This document shows positions 1 to 11,525 of a DNA stretch of 64,000 nt, in pieces. Below the pieces are notes generated by a model. That model searched no databases. It saw only the letters and a program-made list of their open reading frames with translations, and was not told the origin of the DNA. The position numbers and the translations under genes were made by a program. How positions within the stretch are numbered: position 1 is the first letter of the stretch; each line of letters opens with the position of its first letter. This stretch comes from Epiperipatus broadwayi. Its lineage: Eukaryota; Animalia; Onychophora. The stretch lies in contig JAQFVV010000011.1 of NCBI GenBank assembly GCA_028023455.1, positions 5,208,001 to 5,272,000 on the forward strand. Reading direction: 5' to 3'.

Positions 1-1597
1 AGGAGCTAGTAATATCTATAAGAGTCTTTGATATATAAATTTTGGTGATCTTATAATTTTATTGACATAGATAAAATATAAGAATGTCATTTTTTTTTGT
101 TCATTAGTCATCCAAGTCATGTGTAGTAAAAAAATGTACCGAATGAGTTTGAACTCAGTACACTATGCACAGATAATATTTATCTAGATTTAGAACAATC
201 TAGTGGTACCCGTGGAAAACGCAAGCAATTAACTAGGCTGAATAAAAATGAAATGGTCCCTTTACAACTTAATAACTTAACGTTATATGATTTTTTTTTA
301 TAAGTTATTATAACTAGCACCAGTGTGTGCATGTGACCATGAATGGTCTTATATACTTGGAAAGAAGAATAGGAAGGATTCTTTGTTATAAGAACCTATT
401 ATTGGAGATAAGCATAATGCACTCCAGGGATTTCATGGTAATTTTGTTCAGTTGCTATATCTAATATAAGTTTATTTGATGACAATGACTAGTATATTTT
501 ATTTAAAAATATATTTATTGACATAATAAAATTGTACAGATGAATAATAAATACACTTAGTTAATGTTGGCTCATCTATTGCTGACGTTGGTCTGGTAGA
601 TGTATGCCAGAACCATTCTCTACACTAGCAGGTTGATATATGAGTAAATACGTACTATTTTGTTGGTATTGCCCACCCCTTTTGAGGTTGACCCAATAAT
701 GCTAACTTATCAACTGGGATACATGTAGTGTGAAATCAATGCCTCTCTAGTAGAATCCAACATGTTGCAACATAGACTACTTCTTCCATGATATACTACA
801 ATGTGGATACATCAGGTCCAAAATTCATGTAGAGTCTGTGGGCCATACTAGTAGGCTCCATGTATTATTAAACAAAAATCTAGAGGATAGTATCTTGTCC
901 TTGTTTTGAAGAGCTTTGAGCCTATCGCAAAATATATTTTATTAGTCAAATGACTTCCCAATATCGAAATATTTTAAATCTTTAATGATGACCGTTTTAA
1001 TTTTCATTTTGTTATTTAATGTGTTGAGAAATGAGATGAGTTATTTATTTCATTATTAGCGTGACAGAAGTAATGTTTAAGATAGTTGCAAATGGGCTAT
1101 AATCTTATATTTAATTAATTACAAATAGACACCCAAATAGAGCATGATATGTATATGTTCTTATTTATATGTTAGCATCATCCTTACTTAATTATAGATT
1201 GTATTATAGCTAACATAGTAAATTCAGTTCGCATTTAATTTTATTCGGTTAAAAATGATGAACCGCTGGAGCATATCATATATCCTGTTTAGTGTCTAGT
1301 TTTTTGAATTATAGCAACTATCATTTCATCATCATCAATATATATAGATTATAATCGGTTATAAAGTAATAGCCTTTTATCAACCTTTTTTTATCAGTTC
1401 ATCTTTATTTATTCATACTGTTACAAATGGCGCAGATTATAAACATATTTGAATTAATTAATAAATTTTATTTTTATTTTTGTTACAAATGGTTTTTATT
1501 CATTCTGTTACAAATTTTATTATTATCGTTTCTGTTACAATATATATGTATATATTCAGCAATTAAATCAGTACTCTGTTTATATTAAGATAGCAAA

Positions 1598-2960
1598 TCT
1601 TCATGTATTTAAATGGAAAAGGTTCTATACATGAGGGGTCAGAGTGACTTGAGGTCAACATGGGCATGGCAATAATATTGACATCAGCAAGGGATTTGGG
1701 TTTTCATCATAGATATTCAAGGATATGGATGGCTGAAAAGTTGGAGATTGGAGTAGATTGAAGCCTGCCCATTAAAGTATGAAGATTTGCTATCTTAATA
1801 TAAACTGAGCACTGATTATATATATATATATGTCTGTGTAGGTATATTTCCTTTTTGATACTAAAAGGAAATATGCCTATGTGTTTGAAATGGAAGATTT
1901 TTGACAAATGTGTTTTACCAGTTCTTACTTATGGATCTGAGACTTGGACACTTAATAGAAGAGCAATACAGAGACAGACCACTCAAAGAAGTATGGAGAG
2001 ATGTATGTTGTGAGTAATAAGAAGAGATCGAAAACACAATTTATGGGTAAGAGAACAAACAGGTGTTACTGACCTCATTGAAAAAATTAAAAGATTGAAG
2101 TGGAGTTGGGCTGGACATATTGTTAGAAGAGAGATAATAGATGGACAATTCAAATTTTAAACTGGATTCCAAGAGATTGTAAAAGACCCAGAAAGTGACC
2201 ACATGTGAGATGGATGGATGAAATAAGAAAGTGTGCAGGGGTGATGTGGAGAAGAGAACTAAAGATCGGAGAAGGTGGACTAAACTTGGAGAGACCTTCA
2301 TCCTGCAATGGATTGATAATAGTTGATGATGATGATGATGATGGATTATAATCTGGACCAACTAATGAGTGTGGGTTTAGCACAAAATATGTCAATTGGT
2401 GATTATTTATTTTCTCTGCATGTGTGTGGTCATGTCTATCAGTTGTATGAGATAGTGGGGATAGTTGAAGGATGCTTGAAAATCTGAATTCAAATCCCCT
2501 ATTTTTACAATTAAGTTCTAAATTTGTGAAGAGTGCCTGGTTTTTAAATATTTACACATCAAACTTGTATCCTGACCATCCTTCTTCTATGTATTTAAGT
2601 GGATAAACCCTATATGTGAGGGGTCAGAGTGACGAGGTCAACATGGGCATGGCAATAATATTGGCATCAGCATGGGATTTGAGGTTTCATCATCAAATTT
2701 TCAATGATATGGATGGCTGAAAAATTTGAGGTTGGAGTAGATTGAAGCCTGTCCATTAAAGTATGAAGATCACTAATTATATGTATGTGTGGGAGATGAT
2801 AATCTGGACCAAATGATGAGTGCTGGTTTAGCACAAAATACATATATATATTGGTGTTTACTTATCTTTTCTGCATGTGTGTGGTTATGTCTATCAGTTA
2901 TATGAGATAGTGTAGATAGTTGAAGAGTTCTTGAAAATCTGAATTCAAATCCCCTATACT
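1598..2960. repeat. Tandem repeat family S, two units of a ~480-bp monomer; unit 1 interrupted by an RTE insertion
   Basis: GAGGGGTCAGAGTGAC...GTATGAAGAT occurs at 1633 and 2618, and ATAATCTGGACC...AATTCAAATCCCCT at ~2348 and ~2799. The 985-bp offset minus the 505-bp RTE insert gives ~480. The 3' part resembles 53462-53691. Confidence 0.75.
1856..2343 (+). mobile_element. 5'-truncated RTE-clade LINE 3' end with (GAT)n tail
   Basis: Translates with frameshifts to LKGNMPMCLKWKIFDKCVLPVLTYGSETWTL...KWSWAGHIVRR...RWMDEIRK...ETFILQWID. Ends in a GAT microsatellite. Highly similar to 34195-34623. Confidence 0.92.
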
Positions 2961-3040
2961 TAAAATTGGTGTTTGAGGCACAATATTTATAAATCCTTTA
3001 CAAGCACTAGCCATTATATGCATTGTTTGAGATAGTATGG

Positions 3041-3123
3041 TTAAGCTTGGTATAGATTGCTTGTATAGGCACTATTAACTCCATCTTCACAACAACCATT
3101 TCTATTATGTAGAAAATGGTTTC
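3041..3123 (-). CDS. Probable terminal coding exon of an unidentified host gene: (G)NHFLHNRNGCCEDGVNSAYTSNLYQA*
   Basis: Minus-strand acceptor ttttacttttgactcatgtcag. The phase matches the upstream exon 3845-3994 (G+GA=Gly). Open to TAA at 3041-3043. Confidence 0.5.
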
Positions 3124-3844
3124 CTGACATGAGTCAAAAGTAAAAAATATATACTCCTTGGGAGCCAACAAATATCCACATGTCTCCTTCTTATTTCTGT
3201 TCACATAATATAAAAAAAGTATAATTCAATTAACCTATAAAAAGGTCAGTGGAGTGCCAAAAGAAATCAACATGGTCACATAATTTTAAATTAAGTAAAA
3301 TAGTTATACATGTAATTACACATGTATGTCTCCATTGCAAAGGTAGATTCTTGTATTTACACAATAGTTTTATGATAAGCCAGTAACAAATATTATTGGT
3401 AAAAAAAAATTAAAGAATTTATTGTCCAGGAGCTAAAAAGTGACATAATTTGGCATGTGTCATGAGCCTGGAATTCCACATTCTGCCACCCTATCACTTC
3501 ACCATACCATGTTGAGCAAGTTATTATAGTTGATGACTGAGAGATGGCAAACAATGGCAAACTATCACCAATAATGTTCAGGAGTTATTGAATTGATCAT
3601 AAGTCCATATTGCCTATTTATTATATTTTCCTTTGGATAGAGAAGTTAACATATAAACATACACACAGTTTGTTAATGTCTAAAATTCCATTAAAATCAT
3701 TTGTTCTTAGCATCTAATGTAAAGCCTTATAAATTTATTATTGATATATATATATATCATAAAATAATGATTCTTTTAAATCATTATAAATAATGTATAA
3801 CTAACAATAATTTTAAAAAAAAGTATAGATAAAGTATTATATAC

Positions 3845-3994
3845 CAATAAGTCTATCTCCTAAACGTGACTGACAGAAATCAAAAGGAAACTTCCAAAGA
3901 TGTAATATATTTTCCCTGTCATCTAAAGTTATGGTTGGAACATACCGGAGATATTTTAAAGCATCTCCCATGGCTTCAATAGCATCATTATTCA
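3845..3994 (-). CDS. Probable internal coding exon (150 nt, phase 1-1): NNDAIEAMGDALKYLRYVPTITLDDRENILHLWKFPFDFCQSRLGDRLI
   Basis: Long T-rich tract plus TAG acceptor and a G|GTATAT donor. 49 uninterrupted codons of protein-like composition in stop-rich AT DNA. Protein not recognised. Confidence 0.6.
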
Positions 3995-4539
3995 CTATTA
4001 TACAGTGAAAGAAAAAAAAAAAACATTAATTTTATACTAAAGAATGTATGTACATAAATATATAAATTAAACCAACGCATATGAAAGAAAAAAAGAAACA
4101 TTATTTTTAACTAAAGAATGTGTGTATATTAAAATATATAAATTAAACTAATGCATAACACAGCAACACCATCTAATGTTATAGAATCTAAATTAATATC
4201 AGATGTAAAAATAAACACCTTTTTATCTATTTGTATAAGTATATAAATAGACCACGACTAAAGCATTATAACAATTAATTTGGACTCTATCAGTAGGTAG
4301 TAGTGTTGGTTAAACTGTATTTGTTAGATTGTTGTAATATTGGGCCATATATATATATAAATTCTAATGTTCTTACGGATAAAAGATGAAGTCATAGTAT
4401 TACTTCTAGGAGCTTCCGTGTAATAAGAATATAATCGCTAAATGTCAATAACAAGAATTTTCCTCAGAGTTTCTTCTTTCTCAAATAATAAGAACATGTG
4501 TGGAAAGATTTAAAATCGTTATCTCCTCATACTCAAATT

Positions 4540-5100
4540 TCTATTATTGGTTGAGAAGTTTTGAAAAATATTTTATCCTTCAATAGCTTTTTCCAAATAT
4601 TGTTAATTTTCTTCAATTCACACTTTTCATTTTTATCTTAGACCTTTTAAAAATCTCTATAACTTCCCTTAGCAGTTTCTGTTCATATTGTTCACTTTTT
4701 GCCAGAATATCTGTTTTTATTAAAATTGTTATTATGGTTAGTTAATTTTATGTGTGAATAAATAGTTGATGAAATGGAAAATGTGTTTTTCCTTTCTTAT
4801 ATTATTTCTAAGATCAGTCTGTCCAATATAAGTGAAATGGAAAATGTGTTCTTCCTTTCTTATATTATTTCTAAGATCAGTCTGTCCAATGTATGTGAAA
4901 TGGAAAATGTGTTCTTCCTTTCTTATATTATTTCTAAGATCAGTCTGTCCAATGTATGTGAAATGGAAAATGTGTTCTTCCTTTCTTATATTATTTCTAA
5001 GATCAGTCTATCCAATGTATGGATTGTGAACAAACTCCACAAATCACTTAATGAAAGTATATTAATAATATTAATAATTTTTATTAGTCATTCATTAGAC
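4540..5100 (-). mobile_element. Decayed Penelope-like element, GIY-YIG endonuclease region
   Basis: Minus-strand translation with frameshifts gives LIY..VICGVCSQS-YIGQTDLRNNIRKEEH...STIYSHIKLTNHNNNF...DILAKSEQYEQKLLREVIEIFK...NNIWKKLL. This is the CxxC/YIGQT/EH and C-terminal pattern of PLE GIY-YIG domains. Confidence 0.75.
4771..5021. repeat. 63-bp tandem repeat, 4 near-identical copies
   Basis: Unit gaaatggaaaatgtgttcttcctttcttatattatttctaagatcagtctgtccaatgtatgt starts at 4771, 4834, 4897 and 4960. Confidence 0.97.
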
Positions 5101-5425
5101 TACAAAAATATTATTCATTATTTGAACACTGATATTGAATAAATTATGACCGGAAAGTAAAAAAAAATCTTAGTTGCTGGTATTACCCAATAAAAGATAA
5201 AAAATATAAATATATGCCATTGTTTAATAGATAGATTCCAGAGTTTAAGCTCAACCTTGTTAGATTTGTTCACATGCCATTAATGAGTCATTCAAAAAAT
5301 GTTTTCTATTATCTGAAACTCTTTAGATTTCTCTTTGAAATCTTAAAGAAACTAAGGAGGGCAAATTCCTAATGTCCATTCCATATATATATAATTACAA
5401 CCATTAAATGTCTGTATTTTTAAAT

Positions 5426-6290
5426 TATATAATACTAATTCAAACAAATATATTTAACACAGTATTCAAAATTAAATAATATATTCTTTACCAGAAGTAC
5501 TTTCAATTGTTTCACTGACAATCTTTATCAACTGTTAATACAAACGTACAAAAAATAAAAACTTGCATTACCCATCATTCAATCTATTCAAATTTCCCAC
5601 AATTCTGTTGTTTTTATATTAGCCGATTGTTTATTCATTAAACCACCTCTATTTCTAGATATCATCATCGCCTCTTTAATTTTACGTTTTTCACTACACC
5701 TTTCAATTTGAATAATTTGTATATCTCTATTATTAAATTTAAAACCATAATTACATGTATTATTATGATCAAATATAATTGATGGAGTATTCATATTTAC
5801 TGAAGATATATTTTCTTTCTGTACACGTTTATATAATGTCTTCATAAGATATAAACGTGTACAGAAAGAAAATATATCTTCAGTAAATATGAATACTCCA
5901 TCAATTATATTTGATCATAATAAAACATGTAATTATGGTTTTAAATTTAATAATAGAGATATACAAATTATTCAAATTGAAAGGTGTAGTGAAAAACGTA
6001 AAATTAAAGAGGCAATGATGATATCTAGGAATAGAGGTGGTTTAATGAATAAACAATCGGCTAATATAAAGACAACAGAATTGTGGGAAATTTGAATAGA
6101 TTGAATGATGGGTAATGCAAGTTTTTATTTTTTGTACGTTTGTATTAACAGTTGATAAAGATTGTCAGTGAAACAATTGAAAGTACTTCTGGTAAAGAAT
6201 ATATTATTTAATTTTGAATACTGTGTTAAATATATTTGTTTGAATTAATATTATATATATATAAGGTACTTGATATTGTACTGAAACGTC
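5426..6290. mobile_element. Penelope-like 3' fragment present as a 409-bp inverted duplication
   Basis: Arms 5426-5834 and 5849-6257 with a 14-nt spacer and about 5 mismatches. Each arm encodes SIIFDHNKTCNYGFKFNNRDIQIIQIERCSEKRKIKEAMMISRNRGGLMNKQSANIKTTELWEI* (GIY-YIG C-terminus). A hammerhead 3' half follows at 6265-6290. Confidence 0.85.
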
Positions 6291-6779
6291 AGCATTTAGC
6301 TTTTTCACTACACGGAATATCCTGCAAATAGTAATAATAATATGATATATATATATAGACTGAATGTATGTATGAATGATCATTTTTAGACATTTACAAT
6401 CAAGAACATAACTATATAATGAATATTATTTTCAGTAGGTTGTATAAGTCATCAACCAGAGAAGCAGTTGATGTCTGAAGGCAGAGGGGACTAGGAATCT
6501 CCTAAATATTGACTCACACTGCCATTCAATAATGGCTTTTAATTTAACCATGTACAACATCAAATCACTTTCAAGTGAAAAAATATATTAAGTGAGATGT
6601 TATTACATTTTGTGAAATTAGAAGAAAAGATAAAGAGGTAATGAATTTAAAAAGTTGACATGAGCTTTTATTACAAAAACTTAATTATGGGAAGTGCAAA
6701 TTAAATGGTATTCATTATAAAAAAAATGGAAGAACAACATTGTGGTAATTGAATAGAGTACCACAATGAATTATTCAAC

Positions 6780-9700
6780 TTAAGGAGAGATTCAAAGTAC
6801 AGATAGTTCATTTTTATAACCAAATAAATACCAGTTATGTTGAAGTAGCAATGAATGCTTTAAATACATAAAACAACATTATAGGAGACTTTAGTGCTAG
6901 AATTAAACAAAGACTAAAAAATTAAAATACAATGGATAAATTTGGTTATGGAGACAGAAATGAGAGAGGCACAGTTTTTTTAAAAAAAAAACTCTTTCTT
7001 TGAGAAAAATGCTAAACATAAATAGACATGGAAACATTCAAATAAAGATATAGCAAAAATTGGACCATATTTAGAATAACATAAATATGTATTTCGTGAT
7101 CACATCATCATGTGATATGTAGTGGTTTAACACCAATCCTGCCAAATAGAATGATGGTTACTATGGTTATTAAAGACTCAAAGACACCAAAATGTATAGA
7201 TGCTGAACTGGGTTCAGTTCCATATAACTATACTAATGAATGAGTTTGAATTGAAAACATTATTGGGTTTTCATTTTGTACTCATAGCTTTATAATTAAC
7301 TAAAAAGATAAAATGGGGATGCTAAAGGGTTGCATTATATCCTATGATCTAGGTGCAGTGTTCTCAGATCAAAGGCTCCTAACTGATGAAAACCGCAAGC
7401 TAGAAACTAATCTGATGATATTATATGTGTAGGCATTAGATAGGGATTTTATCCACAAACTTTCTTCCATCCATTGGTTACTCTGCCTTGCCCTGGGTTT
7501 CACTAGTGTATGGAGAGTTTTGCCACCAATAATTAAGATATCTGTTAATGCAAAATTACAGGACAAAATCTGTTAATAAAATCAGTATTGACAATCAACA
7601 TTCCTATCAGAACCAGTCCAATAAATTTGAATTAAAACTTTTTAATCATTTTAAAACATTAGCATACATTAAAGATTAATAAGAAAATAACTATTACTGT
7701 ATTAAGAATTGCAAAGAAAAGCAACAATTCATCAGTAAATTTCCAATTGAGATAAGATAATGTACGAAGAAAAAGAAATGAAATTAAATATAAACCTTTA
7801 AGAAGAATTGAATATTTGAAATTCTGTAAAATGATATGAAAAAAGTTAATAATGATATACTAAAATATAATTGGGAATTGACAAGAAAAGCTTCAAAAAT
7901 ATAAAATGTCTAATATAAAAGTTGTTTCAGCAATAAGAAAAAATAAAGAATTACTATTAAAATAAGGAATAACATTACAAAACATGAAAAAGAGTTCTAC
8001 AAAAATTATATAGTAATAAAGAACAAAAAATCAAAGTAAACCTGCAATTATAACATTTTCTGATTTGCCAAAATGAAGTAAGCCATGCAATTATATCCAC
8101 AAAAAAGGGGAAATGTTCCAAGAAATGATGGATTGATATCTGAGAGAAATTGTTGGCAAAACTATATATAAGATAATAAAGATGTATCAGATAATTGAAA
8201 GAAATGGAAAAGGTAAAAAAGAAGATATTAAAAATTACAGATTTATCAATCTTTTATCAGTCCTATATAAGATTTTCATGAAGATAATTATTACTTATCT
8301 ACAGCAAAAATTCGATTCAAGCTAACCCAAAAAGCAAACTGTTTTTTTTTCTAAATATAAACTTATTTAGTAAATTAATTACATGTTGAAAAAGATGGTG
8401 TTAAGTAAAGGGTGTTATATTGTTGTGATGGGAGGTTGTTCATCTTACATATCAATCCTGAGTGAACCTTGTTGCTTGTTATGTTCATCTTGGTTTAGAG
8501 TGTTTTTTTGATGAGATTGAGCTTGCGGCATTAAGTCTTAGGTATTTGTGGAACTGTGAATAGGTTCCAGGTATCTTTGTATCGAGGTTTTTATGTAAGC
8601 AATTGATCTCTATTCCTTATTTGGCTTAGTTTTTTAATAAAATAGGTATCTTCATTCAGGTGCGGAGTAGTGAAATATTCATAATTGTCCATTTGGCATA
8701 AGTTAAAAAAATTGAGAGTCTTAATGCAATTTTTTTGGTTTTAAGGCAGTCATTAAGTGAGAGGATTTTGTAGTAATCAATTTTTGAGTTTTTATAGATA
8801 ACTGGTTTTAAAATGGTTTTAGCACAACAGTTCACATTTAAGTATTGAGATATGTTAGGAAAAAGATCAATGAGCATAAATTATTATTATGTTTTGGATT
8901 TGTAAATTATGAAAAAGCATTTGATTCTACAAACATTTCTACAGTGACTAAAGCTTTGAACTATCAGATTATAGACCCAGGATATTGACAATTTCTGAAA
9001 AATATTTATCAAAATGCAATAGCAATGGTTAGATTACATTAAAAGTGTATGATAGAATGATTCCATATATCCAAAACTTTTTATAATAGTTTTATATAAA
9101 GTATTTTGTAAATTAAAAGTTAAGAAAATAAAAATGCATTGACTTTATTCAAATCATCTAGTTTTTACAAATAATACTTCAGAGCTTCAGAAAATGTTGC
9201 TATTGTTATCATATGAACAAATGAAAGTAGGACTAAATATAAATTCTAAAAAGCACAAATTAATATTCAGTGGTTAATCTCTGAAGAAAAAAAAAGACAA
9301 ACATGAATTAGAAGAGCGAAAGACTATGAATATAATAACAGAGAGTAGAAGCAGTTAATCTTAAATGGAATGCTTTTGATAGAATTAGCATAATATTAAA
9401 ATAAATATGCCTATGTATTTGAGAAGAAAGATTTTAAATAGATGTTTTAGTAGTCTTTGCATATAGATCTGAGATTATGATCTTTAATAAAACTTTAATA
9501 CAGAAATTTCTGACAATTCAACAAAGTATGGAGGGTTGTATGCTGGGAGTAACTATAAACAAAAGTAAAATATGCATATGAAAAAATGATTAGGTATAAA
9601 AAGACATCATTGAAAGAATAAAAAGACTGAAAGGGAATTGAGATGAAAAGTTGATATCATAAACTAATTTCAAAAGATTATAAAATACTAGAAAATAACT

Positions 9701-9835
9701 GCATGTGAGATGGATGGATGTGATAACAAAGTTTGCTGGTGTGATGTGAGAAAGACAAGTTATAGAAATTAGAAATTGGATTAAATTTGAAGAGCCTTTC
9801 ATTCTGAAGTGGATCAGTAATGATTGACAATAATG
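6780..9835 (+). mobile_element. Old, heavily decayed near full-length RTE LINE with nested insertions
   Basis: Endonuclease motifs IIGDFSARI and MDKFGYGDRNERG (~6880-6970). RT motifs EDIKNYRFINLLSVLYKIF (~8220) and FVNYEKAFDS (~8900). The 3' end ~9650-9835 resembles the younger RTE copies. Confidence 0.8.
7095..7525 (+). mobile_element. Hammerhead-bearing ~455-nt repeat family, single diverged monomer nested in the old RTE
   Basis: Colinear with 11830-12226. Hammerhead boxes CTGATGA 7383-7389 and GAAAC 7403-7407, with ATC triplet 7410-7412. Confidence 0.8.
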
Positions 9836-9840
9836 ATAAC

Positions 9841-10432
9841 TGTCATATCTGACCCTGCCTTCAGAGGTGGACTATTCCAGATTCCTTGCCTGATTGGCTA
9901 GCACCCAGTTGCTATCCAACAGGATTAAAACCTTCACTGGGGTTCATGCACTGAATCTGCATGTTTCCAGTAAGGTAGGGGATCTGCCTTTAAATAGTCA
10001 GCCTTTTGGAGGCAAGGCAGAGAGCAATTACTTCTGTTAACCTGAAAGACAGAACATGCTCTTCATTAAACCTTCTGCCATCAGCAAAGGTATTTATCTA
10101 GTCATTATTGAGACATCCACACAGTGAGGTAAACCCACAAACGGAATGGAAACTGCTACATCTGAACTAGAGCCGACTCGAGGCAAGCTAACTACATAGC
10201 TGGAAGAGTCTTACCAGAACTCATGACACAGGCTAACCATTAGCTAGAAAGCGAGTTCCATACTCCGCATGACTATCTCAGCAGTGAAGTCTATCAACTG
10301 TATTTGTTCATTTGTTAACTAATGTGTGTATATATTTTGTACTAATAAAGTATACATATTAATTGCTGAATAGTTGTTCTTTTTGTATCTGTTGGTTTGG
10401 AAACGAACCTGCAAGCCTAACCAAACACAACA
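9841..10432 (+). mobile_element. Solo LTR (592 bp)
   Basis: TG...CA termini, perfect 5-bp TSD ATAAC (9836-9840 and 10433-10437), AATAAA at 10344, GC content above flanks. Confidence 0.88.
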
Positions 10433-11525
10433 ATAACACAAAATTTGTCAGACTTCATAGAAAATGCATCATAAATGTATTGCTACTGAGTTCATGATTT
10501 CTGATAATATTTACAGAATTAGGACAGCTTTACAGAATTAGGACAGCTATTGTTCAGCCAAAACATAATATATATAAATATTAAGGATTAAATCACCCTC
10601 ATGGTTAAGAAATCCATTAGCGCCCTCTAGTTCGTATTTCAAAATAGCCAGCTCAAAATGATACCGGTTTGAACTGTCTGCTATAAGATGTTATATATTG
10701 AAATACGAACAAACTCAAACAAAGAACTTGAAATTTTAGCAAGCAAAGATCTTAACTTTTTGCTACTAACAAACATGTTTTATTATTATTATATAAAGAC
10801 AAACTAAACATTAGTAATTTTAATCTTTAAACCACCTAACACAAATGTATAGAAAATAATCCCAGTGCATAACGCTATACTGAAATATATATTTTATGGT
10901 ATAATATTAAATATGTGGTTCACATATCCAATTAGATACCTCAAGTTTGATTTAATTCATCAGACACAAGTTCATTCTTGACGCATTAATTGATTGAAAA
11001 TATAAGCAATTTTTAAATCATCTATACTATTTCGAAGTCAAGACTTTTGCAAACTATGGAGTACCTCTAAATTTTCAAAGTGCACAAATTAGTAAAATCA
11101 TTAATATTTACATTGCTGATCTATCTAACAATATTACTGCCACACTACACACTAGATAATTATTGATAATATATTATCAGCTTTCGTTGACTATCTATAA
11201 ATTTGCATGAAATGAGTGAAACAATTTATTATGTAAATAACTTTCATTTTGATAAACCAAAAAAAAAAAAAAGTACAATAAAGTGCAGTTAAAATAAATA
11301 CATTTTATAAACTACACTTATATTTATAAAATAAAAAAATATGTCAATTTAGTATCATTTAAGACAATCATTTTCAGCAAACATTCATTTCAATATGTTA
11401 ATGAGAAATTTTTTATTTGCATTATATATTATTTAATATTCATAAATTAACTTCTTTTACATTTTTTTTTCAATATTTAAATTTTATTAATTAATCTTAT
11501 GTTTTGATTGTACAATATTCTTCTT

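Noticed and set aside
2041-2395. Minus-strand ORFs including a poly-His stretch (also 34201-34647)
   Set aside because: They are antisense readings of RTE 3' ends; the His run is the (GAT)n tail.
4430-4470. Minus-strand CTGAGGA plus hairpin downstream of the PLE remnant
   Set aside because: No GAAA box follows stem II.
4771-5021. CRISPR-like appearance of regular repeats
   Set aside because: The units are contiguous with no unique spacers, and the context is eukaryotic.
8345-8875. Inverted segment inside the old RTE, with a LINE-like peptide on the minus strand
   Set aside because: Motifs are too weak to assign a family.
10619-10632. CTCF-like motif ACTAGAGGGCGCT (minus); also a YY1-like GGCGGCCATTTT at 25495-25506
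   Set aside because: Single short motif matches with no supporting context.
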